DNA of 64,000 bases from Bryobacterales bacterium (GCA_965238045.1 CBDEGU010000007.1:67271-131270); one strand, 5' to 3'. Positions 37,923 to 47,903 are shown, numbered from the stretch's first letter. Made by a program: numbers and translations. The notes: generated from the letters alone by a model not told the origin.

Positions 37923-38847
37923 TTCCGGCCGTGCCACGCCGGTCGCGTTGCACCGCTTTGCTGTGTTCACCGCCGCCTCGACGTTTTGTTTGCTCATCGC
38001 CGGGGCGCTGGTGACCAGCCGCGATGCGGGCCTTTCCGTGCCCGACTGGCCTCTCTCCTATGGCCAATGGATGCCGCCGATGATCGGTGGCATCTTTTAC
38101 GAACACGGCCACAGGATGGTCGCCAGTTTTGTCGGCCTTTTGACGATTGTTCTCGCTCTCTGGCTCTGGCGCGCCGAATCTCGCCGCTGGGTCCGCCGTT
38201 TGGGATTCGCGGCCCTGGGCGCGGTCGTCGCGCAAGGGCTGCTCGGCGGCATGACGGTTCTCTTTCTGTTGCCAACCGCCGTCTCGGTCGGTCATGCTTG
38301 TCTGGCGCAGTTGTTTTTCTCTATGACCGTTGTCCTCGCGCTCGTTACCTCGCCGGGCTGGCATCGACCGCCTCCTCCCGGCCCGGATCCTACGCCGGAC
38401 GCCAGGCGACCGTCGCTGAAGGCCCTCTGCGTCCTGGCCAGCGCGATGATCTTTGTGCAGCTATTGATGGGAGCGGCTTTCCGGCACAAGGGATTTGGCA
38501 TCATCCCGCACTTGATCGGCGCCTGCGTCGTCGCCGCTGTTGTACTGTGGATCATGGCCCGCGTGGCGGCGACTCATTCCTCCCAAGCGGACATTTTCGG
38601 CTGGGCGCTCGCGATCAACGGACTGCTGATGCTCCAGCTCGTTCTCGGCGCGGGGGCCTACTGGATACGGGATATCACCCAGGATGCCCCACAGCCGCTG
38701 CCGCCGATGGTCGTTCTGACCGTTGCTCACGTTGTGCTTGGCGCCGTGCTTCTGGCTTGCAGCGTGGTCCTAACCTTCCAGACTTCGCGAGGCGCGAGGC
38801 GGAGTTTCGATGATCCGTCGCTCCAGCAGGCTCGGGTGACGACATGA
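37897..38847 (+). CDS. ctaA: heme A synthase (COX15/CtaA)
   Basis: GALVTSRDAGLSVPDWPLSYG and EHGHRMVA motifs, with 8 predicted helices. The start is uncertain (TTG 37897, TTG 37948 or GTG 37963). Confidence 0.85.
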   Translation: MNLLSRLADSGRATPVALHRFAVFTAASTFCLLIAGALVTSRDAGLSVPDWPLSYGQWMPPMIGGIFYEHGHRMVASFVGLLTIVLALWLWRAESRRWVRRLGFAALGAVVAQGLLGGMTVLFLLPTAVSVGHACLAQLFFSMTVVLALVTSPGWHRPPPPGPDPTPDARRPSLKALCVLASAMIFVQLLMGAAFRHKGFGIIPHLIGACVVAAVVLWIMARVAATHSSQADIFGWALAINGLLMLQLVLGAGAYWIRDITQDAPQPLPPMVVLTVAHVVLGAVLLACSVVLTFQTSRGARRSFDDPSLQQARVTT

Positions 38848-39755
38848 GGCCTGAGTTTCCAGGCGTCCCCGCCCCAGCCGCTGCCGTCGCGACGGCGCCC
38901 AGGCCCGCTCTGGCGGACTTCCTCGAACTCACCAAACCCACCGTCGTCTGGCTTATTCTTCTCTCGACCGCCGTCGGCTTCTATCTCGCCTCGGCGGGAC
39001 CGCTCGATGTGCTTTTGCTGCTGCACACGCTCGCCGGCACGGCGCTCCTAGCCGCCGGTACCGGAGCGCTGAACCAGTGGCTCGAACGAGGACTCGACGC
39101 CAAGATGCGGCGTACCAGGAACCGGCCCCTTCCCGCCGGGCGCCTGCAGTCCCGGCCGGCGTTCTGGTTCGGCGTCGCGCTCTCGGTTGCTGGCGTAGCC
39201 TACCTCTTGGCGGCGGTCAATTCACTTGCCGCCCTCACCGGTTTTCTCACTCTGGCCTCGTACCTGGGCCTCTACACGCCGCTGAAGACGCGTACTCCGC
39301 TAGCGACTTTCGTCGGAGCGTTTCCCGGCGCGGCGCCTCCTTTGATCGGCTGGGCGGCGGCTGCTGGCCACATCGGCCTGGAAGGCTGGCTAATCTTCGC
39401 CATCCTCTTTCTGTGGCAGTTTCCCCACTTCTACGCGATTGCCTGGATCTACCGGGAAGACTACGGCCGCGCGGGAATCCGGATGCTGCCGGTCATCGAA
39501 CCCGATGGCGTTTCCACCGGACGGCGGATCATCTGGTACGCCGCGGTCCTAGTGCCCATCAGCCTGGCGCCGAGCCTGGCCGGGATGACCGGCAAGTTCT
39601 ACTTCGTCGCCGCTCTGCTGCTCAGTACCGCCTACTTGGCGAGCGGTCTGCGAACGGCCAGCGCCAAGACCACGATCCAGGCCCGCAAGCTCCTCCGCAC
39701 CTCTGTCCTCTACTTGCCCCTGCTCTACGTTTTCCTCGTCCTCGATAAGACCTAG
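38844..39755 (+). CDS. ctaB: protoheme IX farnesyltransferase (heme O synthase)
   Basis: UbiA-family motifs (LNQWLERGLDAKMRRTRNRPLPAG, FLWQFPHFYAIAW). There is a 4-nt overlap with ctaA. Confidence 0.9.
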   Translation: MRPEFPGVPAPAAAVATAPRPALADFLELTKPTVVWLILLSTAVGFYLASAGPLDVLLLLHTLAGTALLAAGTGALNQWLERGLDAKMRRTRNRPLPAGRLQSRPAFWFGVALSVAGVAYLLAAVNSLAALTGFLTLASYLGLYTPLKTRTPLATFVGAFPGAAPPLIGWAAAAGHIGLEGWLIFAILFLWQFPHFYAIAWIYREDYGRAGIRMLPVIEPDGVSTGRRIIWYAAVLVPISLAPSLAGMTGKFYFVAALLLSTAYLASGLRTASAKTTIQARKLLRTSVLYLPLLYVFLVLDKT

Positions 39756-39834
39756 ACGAAACTTCCCGCCGCTTAAGGGCCGCGGCTCGTCGAAGGTTCG
39801 CGCTGTGTATTGTGTGGAGGGGTTGGCGGCGCTG

Positions 39835-40629
39835 CTAGCCGCGCGACCAGAGCCGCGGCACGTAGCGGCCCAGCAGGAACCCCGCCAGCGTCGTGGCCAG
39901 GGCCAGTCCCAAATGGGCCAGCACGATGTGAGGAGCGGTGTGCAGGTTGCACCCGACATGCAGCACCGTCATTCCGACCAAACCCGAGAGCAGTCCGGCC
40001 CCGGCCCCGGCGATGTCCGATGACAGGATCGCGCCCCGCCGCAGCAGCCACAGAATGAGACCCGCCGCCGGAAACGAGAACATCAGTCCCATGCCGAAGC
40101 ACTGCCAGAGGTTTGGCAGCACGCTTCCGGTCACGTCCCAGGGAAACAGCATCGCCACCACCAGTAAAAGCGACACGAGTACGAGCAGAAACATTCTCGC
40201 GGGCGTGATCAGGCGCCTTGTTCCAGGGATCATCTCCCGGCTCAGAGCGCTCGAGAGCAGCGTCACGGCCACGCCGATCAGTCCAGTCACGACCGTGAAC
40301 TCGACTGCTCCCATGGCCAGACCGCCCCGCATGCCGGAGACGAAAACAAAGGAGGCCGAGATCGCGCTGAAAACCAAGATGAACACGGCCGTCAGCTTCC
40401 AAACGCTCGGCACCGGCGAGACCGGCTCCAGCGAATCCACAATCGACGAGATGATATTGTTCTTGACCTCAGCTCCGACCGCGGCGGGCGGCTCGCCGCC
40501 GCTTAGGAACTCCCACAATGCGCGGCAGGCGGCGCACTTTTCCAAATGCTGCCGGATGGAGTCGGGCAGTGACCGCGAGCGGTGCTGTGCCAGGTTCTCA
40601 ATTTGTACGCTAGCCTCTGGACACTTCAT
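39835..40629 (-). CDS. anti-sigma factor, zinc-finger N-terminus plus six-helix membrane domain (NrsF/DUF1109-like)
   Basis: H-x3-C-x2-C motif (RQHLEKCAACRAL). ATGA start/stop overlap with the sigma gene. Confidence 0.7.
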   Translation of the reverse strand: MKCPEASVQIENLAQHRSRSLPDSIRQHLEKCAACRALWEFLSGGEPPAAVGAEVKNNIISSIVDSLEPVSPVPSVWKLTAVFILVFSAISASFVFVSGMRGGLAMGAVEFTVVTGLIGVAVTLLSSALSREMIPGTRRLITPARMFLLVLVSLLLVVAMLFPWDVTGSVLPNLWQCFGMGLMFSFPAAGLILWLLRRGAILSSDIAGAGAGLLSGLVGMTVLHVGCNLHTAPHIVLAHLGLALATTLAGFLLGRYVPRLWSRG

Positions 40630-41039
40630 CCGCTGCTCCTCTTGGAGCGATAGGAATCCCCCAACACCTGTCTCAGTTTCGTGTAGGCACGATGGGCTCT
40701 CTGTTTGACCGCCCCTACGGTCGTACCGGTCGCCCCGGCCACCTCTTCCAGGCTCATTCCCGATATCTTCAGCATCCGAATCACTTCTTGCTGCTTGTCC
40801 GGCAATGCACGGACGGCGCGCCAGAGGTCGAAGTCGGGCGTGTTCGGCTGCGTCGGCGAGGGTTCGAACCCTTCGCTGCTCTCATCGAGCACATACTCGC
40901 GCGTGTCGATCCGATGTCTTCGGCGATAAGCGTCAATCCGCGTATGTCTCGCGATGGCGAAGATCCAAGGCAGCACGGGCGTTCCCGGACGGTGACTATG
41001 ACGCGCCTTGTGGATGCGCAGCCAGCAGTCTTGCAGCAT
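40626..41039 (-). CDS. ECF sigma factor lacking region 2.1 (possibly truncated or a pseudogene)
   Basis: Regions 2.2-2.4 and 4 are present (MLQDCWLRIHKAR..., LPDKQQEVIRMLKISGMSLEEVAGATGTTVGAVKQRAHRA). An in-frame TAG lies at 41058-41060, six codons upstream of the ATG. Confidence 0.65.
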   Translation of the reverse strand: MLQDCWLRIHKARHSHRPGTPVLPWIFAIARHTRIDAYRRRHRIDTREYVLDESSEGFEPSPTQPNTPDFDLWRAVRALPDKQQEVIRMLKISGMSLEEVAGATGTTVGAVKQRAHRAYTKLRQVLGDSYRSKRSSG

Positions 41040-41547
41040 ATCCTCCGCATAGGCGCGCTAGCGTCGGCTGCGCCGCTCCCTTCTTTACTTCGTCTGGCCG
41101 AGACATGAGGTTACGGGGTGAGGGCGGACTCGGCGCCCGGAAAACGCGTGAAGAACACAGGAACAGCGACGACCATCATGCCGTATCCGTCGCGCCGGAG
41201 CGGAGGAACCAGCCTGCAAGCGGACACTCCGCTCCGCACTTCTGTATTTCCGTGGCTCGGCGGTCTGTGCGATTGGGCTCGCGGCGTAATTCTTGCTGAA
41301 GTCCCGCTGCCGGTCGCCGCCCGCGCCGCGATGGACTCCAGGGTCACCGTCGGATTGCCTCGCGACCCGGCACTGGCCGCCACCAGAGATTCACCCGCTA
41401 TTATAGGAAACCGGCCCCGCGGCCTGTCCGCCAGTGATCGTCCATTCGCCTTGAGAGCGCGGTCCGCCCCATCCTCTTCCTGCCAGGTGGAACCGGATCA
41501 CGCTTGGAACATCAGGTTGGAGTACCAAAATAAATGAGAATAAGTGC

Positions 41548-41576
41548 TTGCCAAACCGCCAGTTTCACCGTATAAT
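41548..41576 (+). promoter_or_regulatory. near-consensus sigma70 promoter TTGCCA-17-TATAAT
   Basis: Hexamers at 41548-41553 and 41571-41576, with an AT-rich upstream tract (41524-41545) in an otherwise GC-rich region. Confidence 0.65.
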
Positions 41577-41594
41577 CTTAGCTATTCTCGCATC

Positions 41595-41628
41595 GCTGCC
41601 ACCCCGATGCACCGGTGGCGGCCTTTTT
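41595..41628 (+). terminator. intrinsic-terminator-like hairpin ~20 nt downstream of the promoter
   Basis: 9-bp stem GCTGCCACC/GGTGGCGGC (one G-U pair), a 10-nt loop, then C-TTTTT. Confidence 0.6.
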
Positions 41629-41826
41629 AGACTCATTTCCCGCTTGAGTTCGCAGTCGTTTGAGAACACGTTAGAGTGCCTCCTGCACATGCTGGCGCGG
41701 TTACATCTCCGGCTTGCCGCCCGATGTAACCGAATCCAGAGCGGGGTAGTCTAATAGACCGGGCTCAAAACGACGATATAGAAAAAGTTTGCCGGGCGGA
41801 GAGCGCCGGCAGGTCAAAGGTGATTT

Positions 41827-42237
41827 ATGGCAAAGCAAGCAGCGAAGGTGCTCACGAAAGCTCGGATCAGACGCTTCAAGGTGATCTTGGAAGAAAAAGC
41901 AGAGGAGACCCGCGGTAATCTCGGTTCGCTCAAAGCCGCGAACATGCTGGCTCGGGGGCAGGACCCGGTCGCTCTTGAGGATTTGCCCGTCCAAAGCCAC
42001 GAAGAGTGGATTTTCCTCAATCGCAACAACATCGACGTCATGTTGTTGCGCGAGATAGAAGACGCGCTGACGCGAATAGACGGCGGCGGCTACGGAACCT
42101 GTTCCGAGTGCGACCAGCCCATTTCGAGCATGCGCTTGCGGGCTCTGCCCTGGGCGCGCTACTGCGTGCCTTGTCAGGAAGAGTTGTCCGACGATCCGGA
42201 GGAAAAGTCGAAACAGAGCCACCTGTATTCGTTCTGA
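41827..42237 (+). CDS. DksA/TraR family C4-type zinc-finger protein
   Basis: CSEC-x17-CVPC zinc finger with a preceding helical region. RBS AAAGGTGA. Confidence 0.85.
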   Translation: MAKQAAKVLTKARIRRFKVILEEKAEETRGNLGSLKAANMLARGQDPVALEDLPVQSHEEWIFLNRNNIDVMLLREIEDALTRIDGGGYGTCSECDQPISSMRLRALPWARYCVPCQEELSDDPEEKSKQSHLYSF

Positions 42238-42312
42238 ACCGGTGGCCCACCGTTGTAGCGGCCCGGGGGGAGATTCCCGATGCGGTGGCGGCCGGTCCCC
42301 TCAGCTGTCTTC

Positions 42313-43008
42313 CTACTGAATGCGCGCCAGTTCCTTGAGGTCGAGTTTTCCCGTGTAGATGGCCATGCCGAGGGCCGCGTGCACGCCCATCTGGCCTAAG
42401 CGCCGAATCTCTTCGAGCGTCGTAATGCCTCCGGCGGCGGTAATCTCCCGCTCGGTGGCCCTCCGCAGCCGGGCGTACCAGTCCAAGTCCGTTCCTTCGA
42501 GCATGCCCTCCTTGTCGACATAGGTACACAGGAAGCCGCCGCAGTAGGGTTCCAGCTCCTCGATCACCTCTTCGGCCCGAAGATCGGTCGCCTCCCTCCA
42601 GCCTTTCACTACGATGTGTCCGCCCTGGGAGTCCAGGGCCAGAAGGATTTTCTCCCGGCCGATCGCCTGGCCCAGTGCCTCGAGAAACCGGTGATTGACG
42701 CCATTGCCGTCGTAGGCCGCCGTTCCGACAATGACCTTCGATGCGCCGGCCTCCACCAGCGCTTGCGCCCTCTCCACCGAGCGCACACCGCCCCCAACCC
42801 TGGTCACCGCGCTAGCCGCCAGTTCACGCACGATCGAATCATTCGACCCCGTGCCAATGGCGGCGTCGAGGTCGATCACTTGAATCTCGGGAAAGGCGGC
42901 GAACTTTTCGAGCATCCTGGCCGGGGAATCCCCTTCCAAAGCCTTCTTCCGTCCCTGAACCAACTGGACGACCTTGCCCCCCATCAGATCAATGCATGGA
43001 AGGATCAT
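42313..43008 (-). CDS. hisA: ProFAR isomerase
   Basis: [19 protein letters not shown]... (beta/alpha)8 HisA/His6-like sequence. ATGA overlap with the hisF stop. The ORF extension to 43236 is rejected. Confidence 0.85.
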   Translation of the reverse strand: MILPCIDLMGGKVVQLVQGRKKALEGDSPARMLEKFAAFPEIQVIDLDAAIGTGSNDSIVRELAASAVTRVGGGVRSVERAQALVEAGASKVIVGTAAYDGNGVNHRFLEALGQAIGREKILLALDSQGGHIVVKGWREATDLRAEEVIEELEPYCGGFLCTYVDKEGMLEGTDLDWYARLRRATEREITAAGGITTLEEIRRLGQMGVHAALGMAIYTGKLDLKELARIQ

Positions 43009-43787
43009 GATTTCCCCGTCCCCGCCCCTCTCGTGCGAACCGGTATGCCGTGCCCGGCGAGGATCTCCTTCAGCCCGTCCACCGTATAGGCGCCGTAGTG
43101 GAAGATCGAGGCCGCCAGTGCGGCGTCTGCTTCGCCTTCGCTCAGTACTTTGACGAAATCCTCGGGCTTCCCGCCCCCCCCGCTGGCGATCACCGGGATC
43201 TGCGTATTCCTCGATATCGCGCGGGTCAATTCGCAATCAAAGCCGATTTGGGTGCCGTCGCGGTCCATTGAGGTCAGCAGGATCTCGCCCGCTCCGAGCG
43301 CTTCTCCCCTCGCGGCCCACTCGACCGCATCCATGCCAGTGTCGGTCCGTCCTCCATAGGTGAATACATTCCACCCGCCCGCATCCCTCCGGCGGGCGTC
43401 GATCGCCAGCACGACCGCTTGCGCCCCGAACTCTTGGGAAAGTTCACCGAGCAGTTCCGGCCTCTCCACCGCCGCCGTATTCACCGAGACCTTGTCCGCG
43501 CCGACAACCAGGATCTTCCTGGCGTCCTTTACTGACCGTATGCCCCCGCCGACGGTGAGCGGGATGAAGACTTCCCGCGCCGTACGCTCCACCAGGTCGC
43601 GCATGATGTCGCGCCGGTCGCTCGATGCCGTGATGTCGAGAAAGACCAGTTCGTCGGCTCCGTCGCGGTTGTAGGCGTTCGCCAGCTCGACCGGGTCTCC
43701 GGCATCGCGCAGCCCGACGAAATGGACGCCCTTGACGACCCGGCCCGCTTGAACATCGAGGCAAGGGATAATGCGCTTCGCTAGCAT
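43005..43787 (-). CDS. hisF: imidazole glycerol phosphate synthase, cyclase subunit
   Basis: [12 protein letters not shown]...[11 protein letters not shown]...[15 protein letters not shown]. Confidence 0.95.
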   Translation of the reverse strand: MLAKRIIPCLDVQAGRVVKGVHFVGLRDAGDPVELANAYNRDGADELVFLDITASSDRRDIMRDLVERTAREVFIPLTVGGGIRSVKDARKILVVGADKVSVNTAAVERPELLGELSQEFGAQAVVLAIDARRRDAGGWNVFTYGGRTDTGMDAVEWAARGEALGAGEILLTSMDRDGTQIGFDCELTRAISRNTQIPVIASGGGGKPEDFVKVLSEGEADAALAASIFHYGAYTVDGLKEILAGHGIPVRTRGAGTGKS

Positions 43788-44383
43788 TCCAGAAAATTCC
43801 GCATGATCCGCTGGCCGGCCGCGCCCGATTTCTCCGGGTGAAACTGAACCGCGTACACGTTGTCCGACTCCAGGGCCGAGGTATAGCGCACTCCATACAC
43901 GCTGTGCGCGGCGGCGCGCTCGCCGGCCGCTTCGGTTGGGACATAGTAGCTGTGAGCGAAATACACGTAGGGATGCTCTTCCAGACCGGCCAGCAGCTTC
44001 GGCCGGCCTCTCGGCTCGAGCTGGTTCCAGCCCATTTGCGGCACCCGCGCTTCGGCCGCGAAACGCTTGACTTCTCCAGGATAGATGCCCAGCCCGCGCA
44101 GTTCCGGCGCTTCCTCACTTTTCTCAAACAAGAGGTGCAGGCCCAAACAGATGCCCAGGAACGGCACCCCGGCGGCGATGCGTTCCTTCAGCGTCTGGCG
44201 CACGCCGAGCGCGTCGAGCGAGCGAATCAGCTGTCCGAAATGTCCCACGCCCGGCAGGATGATCCGGTCGGCCCTCGCCAGTCCGCCGCTCTCGCGGACG
44301 ATCTCGTAGCTGACTCCTAGCGCGTCCAGCGTGTTTTCCACCGACCTGAGATTGCCGGCTCCGTAATCGAAAATCGCGATCAT
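43781..44383 (-). CDS. hisH: imidazole glycerol phosphate synthase, glutaminase subunit
   Basis: [15 protein letters not shown], nucleophile context GICLGLHLL and FHPEKS. The ORF extension to 44476 is rejected. Confidence 0.9.
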   Translation of the reverse strand: MIAIFDYGAGNLRSVENTLDALGVSYEIVRESGGLARADRIILPGVGHFGQLIRSLDALGVRQTLKERIAAGVPFLGICLGLHLLFEKSEEAPELRGLGIYPGEVKRFAAEARVPQMGWNQLEPRGRPKLLAGLEEHPYVYFAHSYYVPTEAAGERAAAHSVYGVRYTSALESDNVYAVQFHPEKSGAAGQRIMRNFLEC

Positions 44384-44408
44384 GCCTGCTCCGCCATCCA
44401 GACCGCCG

Positions 44409-45017
44409 TCAGGCTTCTCTCGAGGCTTTTTCCAGCAGTCCCTTGGTGCTCGGGAGCTGGTCCTTAAGCCTGGCATCCTTCGAGCAGCCGTATCGCATCG
44501 CCCGCGCGAAGCACTTGAAAATCGCCTCGATCTTGTGATGGCTCGATCGGCCGTACATCACTCGCGCATGCAGGTTCGCGCCGCAATGCGTCACGAAGCC
44601 GTCGAAGAAATCCTCCAGCAATTCAACCTGCAAGTCTCCGACGAGCCGGAACCGCACCGGCGCGTGATAGGCTAGCGCGGGCCGGCCGCCCAGATCCACC
44701 GCGACCACCGCCAGCGTTTCATCCATCGGCAGAACAAAGTATCCCGCGCGATTGATGCCGACCCGGTCTCCGAGCGCCTTGGCGAAACATTGCCCCAGCA
44801 CGATGCCTGCGTCTTCGACCGTGTGATGCTGATCCACGTCGAGATCGCCCGTGGCTTCCAGGTCGAGGTCAAATCCGCCGTGCCTGGTAAACAGTTCCAG
44901 CATGTGGTCGAAAAAGCGAATGCCGGTCGCAATCTTGTAGCGTCCCCTGCCCTCGATGCGCAGTTTGGCCCGAATCTGGGTCTCCTTAGTCATTCGTTCG
45001 ATTGTGGCGACTCTCAT
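44409..45017 (-). CDS. hisB: imidazoleglycerol-phosphate dehydratase
   Basis: [24 protein letters not shown] and [16 protein letters not shown]. Confidence 0.95.
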   Translation of the reverse strand: MRVATIERMTKETQIRAKLRIEGRGRYKIATGIRFFDHMLELFTRHGGFDLDLEATGDLDVDQHHTVEDAGIVLGQCFAKALGDRVGINRAGYFVLPMDETLAVVAVDLGGRPALAYHAPVRFRLVGDLQVELLEDFFDGFVTHCGANLHARVMYGRSSHHKIEAIFKCFARAMRYGCSKDARLKDQLPSTKGLLEKASREA

Positions 45018-45074
45018 CTCTGTATCCCCTGGCGGCCTTGGACCTTGCGCGCGGGTACGGCTCGAACGTGCCCG

Positions 45075-46160
45075 CTAGTCCTCACTCCCGACGATCTGTT
45101 CAAGGCTCGCCAGGAGCCGTTCGGTCTGCTTTCTGGTACCTGCGGTGATTCGTGCTGTGCCGGCAAGATCCCCGCCGCGGTCCCGAATCAAGATCCCTTG
45201 TTGCCGCAAGGTTTCGCAAATCTGTTTCGACCGCTCGCCGAAGCGCGCCAGCACGAAATTCGCCCGGCTCGGAAAATACCCCACGCCCAGCCGGTCCAGG
45301 CCTTCGCACAACATCCGCCGGGCATCGAGCGCCTCGGCCACGTACTCTCGAACATAGTCCTGATCGCCGACGGCTTCGGCGGCGCAGGCCGCCGCCAGAG
45401 CGTTGACGCTGTAAGGGGATTGCCCCTTGCTCACGAGCGCGATGTTCTCGGCTTGCGAGAGCAGGCAGCCAATACGAAAACCCGCCATGCCGTACGCCTT
45501 CGAGAAAGTGCGGCTGACGAAGAGATTCGGATAGGCGTCGAGCAACCCGAGCGCCGTCACGCCGTGGAACTCGAAATAGGCCTCGTCGATCAGTACCGCC
45601 GCGTCACCGGCGCTGGCGAGAAGTTTCTCGATCTCCGCCAGCCCGATCGCTCCTCCGGTCGGATTATTGGGATTCGAGATCAGCACCGCCCGGGTTCGTT
45701 GGCTGATCGACTCGATCAATGCCTCGAGCGGGAAGGCGAGTTCAGGCAGCTGGTAGGGGACCGCCCGCGGTTCGGCGCCGGCGAGTTCAGTGTAGAAACG
45801 GTACATCGAGTAGGCGGGCGAGGGGATCAGCACCTCGTCGCCCGCCTCCACATAGGTGCTGATCAGGCAGTGAATGGCCTCGTCGGTACCGTTAGTTAGC
45901 AGCAGACGGTCCGGCGGCACGCGCAGGAATCCGGCCAGCACCTCCACCGTCTCGGAATACTCCGGATAGGTTGCGAAAAAATCCGGTTCCATCAAGCGCG
46001 CGATCAACGAGACGACTTTCGGCGAACAGCCGACGGTGTTTTCGTTGAAGTCCAGCCGCAGCTTGCCGCGCCGTCCGCCGGTCGGGGGCGAATAGGGAGC
46101 CATGCGCTCGACGGCCCGGCGCGGTTTTGGACGCGAGATGGTCATTGTCTCACTCCTCAA
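45075..46160 (-). CDS. hisC: histidinol-phosphate aminotransferase
   Basis: Class-II aminotransferase with PLP lysine context SRTFSKAYGMAGFRIG. Confidence 0.9.
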   Translation of the reverse strand: MRSETMTISRPKPRRAVERMAPYSPPTGGRRGKLRLDFNENTVGCSPKVVSLIARLMEPDFFATYPEYSETVEVLAGFLRVPPDRLLLTNGTDEAIHCLISTYVEAGDEVLIPSPAYSMYRFYTELAGAEPRAVPYQLPELAFPLEALIESISQRTRAVLISNPNNPTGGAIGLAEIEKLLASAGDAAVLIDEAYFEFHGVTALGLLDAYPNLFVSRTFSKAYGMAGFRIGCLLSQAENIALVSKGQSPYSVNALAAACAAEAVGDQDYVREYVAEALDARRMLCEGLDRLGVGYFPSRANFVLARFGERSKQICETLRQQGILIRDRGGDLAGTARITAGTRKQTERLLASLEQIVGSED

Positions 46161-47415
46161 TGCGCACCTCGATCGAACGCGCGTGAGCCTCCAAACCTTC
46201 GGCCCGGGCGAGCGTCGTAATCGCCGGCGCGAGCTTTCGCAAGCCGGGCTCGGTGAGTTTCTGCACCGAAATGAGCTTCACGTAATCGAGCACCGACAAG
46301 CCGCCGCGAAGCCGCGCCGCGCCGGCGGTCGGCAGTACGTGATTGGGCCCCGAAGCGTAATCACCCGCCGCTTCGGGACTCCATTCCCCGATGAATACGC
46401 TCCCGGCGTTTTGCACGTTCTTCAACAGCGATTCATCGGGAATCGAGAGATGTTCGGGCGCGAAGCGATTGGCAATCTCGACCGCTTCCTCGATCGATCT
46501 CGTGATGATCACCGCCGCATTGCGCTCGATCGACTGCCGGGCGACCCTGGCGGTGGGCAGCGACGCGAGCTGTTTGCTAATCTCCTTCGAGACCTGTTCG
46601 GCCAGCCGCTTCGAGGTGGTTAGCAGCACGGCGCTGGCATCGGGGTCATGTTCAGCCTGCGCCAGCATATCGGCCGCCAGAATGCGCGCCTCTTTCCGGG
46701 CCGCGCCCTTGGGTGCGATCAGCAGAATTTCGCTCGGCCCAGCGATGAAGTCGATCCCTACCACGCCCGCCAGCAGCTTCTTCGCCGCCGCCACGTAAAC
46801 ATTACCCGGACCGACGATGCGTTCGGCTCGCGGCACGGTATCGGTTCCAAACGCGAATGCGGCAATGGCCTGCGCCCCCCCCATGTGAAAGAAATTCTCG
46901 ACGCCGAGCCGGCCCGCGGTCCCCAAAGTTTCCAGCGACGATCCCGGCGATGCCACCAAAACCGACTTGACCCCCGCCACCTGTGCCGGGATCACGGTCA
47001 TCATCAGGGTCGACGGCAGCGGATAGCGCCCACCCGGCACATAGGCACCCACCGATTCCAGCGGGCGCACGATCTGCCCCAGCCGCACGCCGCGCTCGGT
47101 CGTCTTCATCCAGCTCTGGGGCATCTGCAACCGGGCGAATTTCCGCACCTGGGCCGACGCCGTGTCCAGTGAGCGGCGGAACTCCCGGTCGAGCCGGCCC
47201 GAGGCGTCGGCAAGCTCCGCCACCGGGACCCGCACCGAATCCCGCGCCAGCCCGTCGAAGCGCCGGGCGTAGGCCAGCAGACCCGCGTCGCCGCGTTTCT
47301 CGACCGCCTCCAGAATGGGAGCGACCACTGACTCGGCCCGGCCCAGACGCAGCTGCCTCGTATCGAGCAGACGCTGCATCGCTTTCGAGTCCGTGCTGGC
47401 GATGGTTCTTAGCAT
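46150..47415 (-). CDS. hisD: histidinol dehydrogenase
   Basis: GPSEILLIA, QAEHD and SPEAAGDYASGPNHVLPT. Start taken at MLRTIAS. The ORF extends to 47457. Confidence 0.9.
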   Translation of the reverse strand: MLRTIASTDSKAMQRLLDTRQLRLGRAESVVAPILEAVEKRGDAGLLAYARRFDGLARDSVRVPVAELADASGRLDREFRRSLDTASAQVRKFARLQMPQSWMKTTERGVRLGQIVRPLESVGAYVPGGRYPLPSTLMMTVIPAQVAGVKSVLVASPGSSLETLGTAGRLGVENFFHMGGAQAIAAFAFGTDTVPRAERIVGPGNVYVAAAKKLLAGVVGIDFIAGPSEILLIAPKGAARKEARILAADMLAQAEHDPDASAVLLTTSKRLAEQVSKEISKQLASLPTARVARQSIERNAAVIITRSIEEAVEIANRFAPEHLSIPDESLLKNVQNAGSVFIGEWSPEAAGDYASGPNHVLPTAGAARLRGGLSVLDYVKLISVQKLTEPGLRKLAPAITTLARAEGLEAHARSIEVRIEE

Positions 47416-47507
47416 CCGAAATTTCACCCTTAAGAACGAGTTACGGAAAACAAACAATCCCCTTCCGAAACTGCCGTGTGTTTCCGTGGCGTTGAAGAAT
47501 CAATGAG

Positions 47508-47903
47508 TTAGCTCAGCCGCGGATTCCTGGTCTTCTCATATACGGATTCAGGATCGTAAGCGGGTTCTTCGAACTGTTGCCACTCTCCATCCTCGAGGCG
47601 GCGGTAGAAACAGCTTCGGAACCCATTATGGCAAACGCCTGGTCCCAGCGACTCGGCCCGAACCAGTACGGTGTCTTCGTCGCAGTCCACGAAAATCTCC
47701 TTGACCAGCAAATAGTGACCCGACGTGCCGCCTTTGAGCCACAGCTCGTCGCGCGAGCGGCTGTAGAAAGTCACCTTCCCGGTCTCGCACGTCTTGTCGA
47801 AGGCCGCTTGGTTCATGAATCCAACCATCAGCACCCGCCCGTCCCCGGCGTCTTGGACTACCGCCGGCACCAATCCGTCTAATTTCGAGAAATCCAGTTT
47901 CAC
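47508..47903 (-). CDS. hisI: phosphoribosyl-AMP cyclohydrolase
   Basis: GLVPAVVQD...GFMNQAAF...SRSRDELWLKGGTSGH...DCDEDTVL. Start set at GTG 47903 (or GTG 47912), because the ORF-track ATG at 47981 would read through the upstream terminator. Confidence 0.85.
   Translation of the reverse strand: MKLDFSKLDGLVPAVVQDAGDGRVLMVGFMNQAAFDKTCETGKVTFYSRSRDELWLKGGTSGHYLLVKEIFVDCDEDTVLVRAESLGPGVCHNGFRSCFYRRLEDGEWQQFEEPAYDPESVYEKTRNPRLS

Noticed and set aside
41118-41537. 139-aa plus-strand ORF and a 90-aa minus-strand ORF in the sigma/dksA intergenic region
   Set aside because: No RBS, no motifs, and Arg/Ser/Pro-rich translations. The region is treated as non-coding or as a remnant of the truncated sigma gene's upstream sequence.
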